Shown here: in pieces, positions 63,012-64,000 of the stretch
Layout of the letters: the number at the start of each line of letters is the position of its first letter
Position numbering within the stretch: the first letter of the stretch is position 1
Assembly: GCA_963841015.1 (NCBI GenBank)
Contig: CAWJAX010000003.1
Span: 544,001-608,000, forward strand
DNA: 64,000 bases
Reading direction: 5' to 3'
Origin: an uncultured Methanoregulaceae archaeon
Lineage (GTDB): Archaea; Halobacteriota; Methanomicrobia; Methanomicrobiales; Methanospirillaceae
Translations under genes and position numbers: made by a program
The notes under the pieces: model-generated
The model's input: the letters and a program-made list of their open reading frames with translations, nothing else
The model's database searches: none
Told to the model about the DNA's origin: nothing

Positions 63012-64000
63012 TTGCAATTTCTGTGAATACCCTCGGGAAAAAGTTCAAATTATACAATTCGCCGATGGGACGCTTCTTAGAGTATCTGAGTCTGGGAAAG
63101 ATGACACGCCATACCGATTTCTGGGCGCTGCAGGATCTCTCCTTTGAGATTCCCAGCGGTACAACGCTGGGAATCCTCGGGCAGAACGGTTCAGGTAAAA
63201 GTACCCTGCCTGAGCATCCTTGCAGGTGTCCTTGAACCGAGTGCTGGATCCTTTACGATTAATGGGAAAGTCTCGGCGATTCTCGAGCTGGGGTCCGGGT
63301 TCCACCCGGAGTTTTCCGGACGGGACAATGTATACATGTACGGTTCCATCATGGGGCTCTCGAAAGAGGAGATCGATAAAAGGTTTGATGAAATAGTCCT
63401 GTTTTCAGAACTGGGAGATTTCATCGACCAGCCCCTCCGCACCTACTCATCCGGCATGATCGTTCGGCTCGCATTCTCAGTCGCGGTGAATGTGGATGCA
63501 GATATCCTCATTGTAGACGAGGCACTGGCTGTCGGAGATGCCATCTTCCAGCACAGGTGCTTCCGGAAGATCAGGGAGATGCAGGCCGCTGGAAAAACAA
63601 TTTTATATGTGGGACACGATACCGAAGCGGTGAGGAATCTCTGCACATCTGCGCTCCTTCTTGATGGCGGCCGGGTCATCGAACGAGGTGATCCAAATTA
63701 TGTGGTCAATAAGTATCATGCCTTGATTACTGAACGCGAACGAGCATATACAGAAGGGAACTTAATCGAACATGGGGAGATGCCGGGCGAGGGGTACGAA
63801 ATGGTATATAATCTTGTCCAAAACTTGAACGTGGCAAAGGTTGTCAGCGCGGAGGTTGCACCTGTCCAGGTCCAAACAATTGAGATCCAGTCGACATCCC
63901 GAAAAGTGATCTTTGCTCACCCCCCATCACAGATCATGTTCTCTGTTACGATTGAACCCGGGTCATCACTTGCATTTGCTATCGGGATTATGCCATATGT
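63008..64000 (+). CDS. wzt: ABC polysaccharide exporter ATPase (Wzt), frameshifted near 63210, runs off window end
   Basis: FWAL.DLSF, GQNGSGKSTL; shifted frame LELGSGFHPE.SGR.N, TYSSGM..RLAF, ILIVDEALAVGD. Confidence 0.9.

Overview
Archaeal chromosomal segment, most likely a hydrogenotrophic methanogen of the Methanomicrobiales (Methanoregula-like). This is inferred from the F420-dependent FdhAB, PEGA/META surface proteins, HTH-multi-PAS regulator and TATA-type promoters. From left to right: (i) a ~10 kb minus-strand envelope cluster (cardiolipin synthase 5' part, an unannotated 32-aa peptide, two PEGA paralogues, META lipoprotein, CPA1 antiporter, SHOCT and DUF6325-like proteins, Yip1); (ii) the anaerobic cobalamin operon cbiT-L-F-G-H-C-D-E; (iii) fdhAB, a rubrerythrin-like gene, a large kinase-less HTH-PAS protein and two tandem small paralogues; (iv) mutS-mutL-mutY and assorted hydrolases, including a 2H-phosphoesterase/metallophosphoesterase fusion; (v) the most notable feature, a compact operon acsB-acsD-acsC-acsV-mesB-like-acsF. 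It has a bacterial-type acetyl-CoA synthase and a Zn-thiol methyltransferase, but no CO dehydrogenase or AcsE gene in the window; (vi) a surface-glycan island (GT2/GT4, rmlCBDA, wzm/wzt) with IS5 and IS701 remnants. About eleven otherwise intact genes carry single-base indels, which most likely reflects long-read assembly error. No rRNA, tRNA or CRISPR array was recognised. All family assignments are from motif recognition by eye, not database searches.
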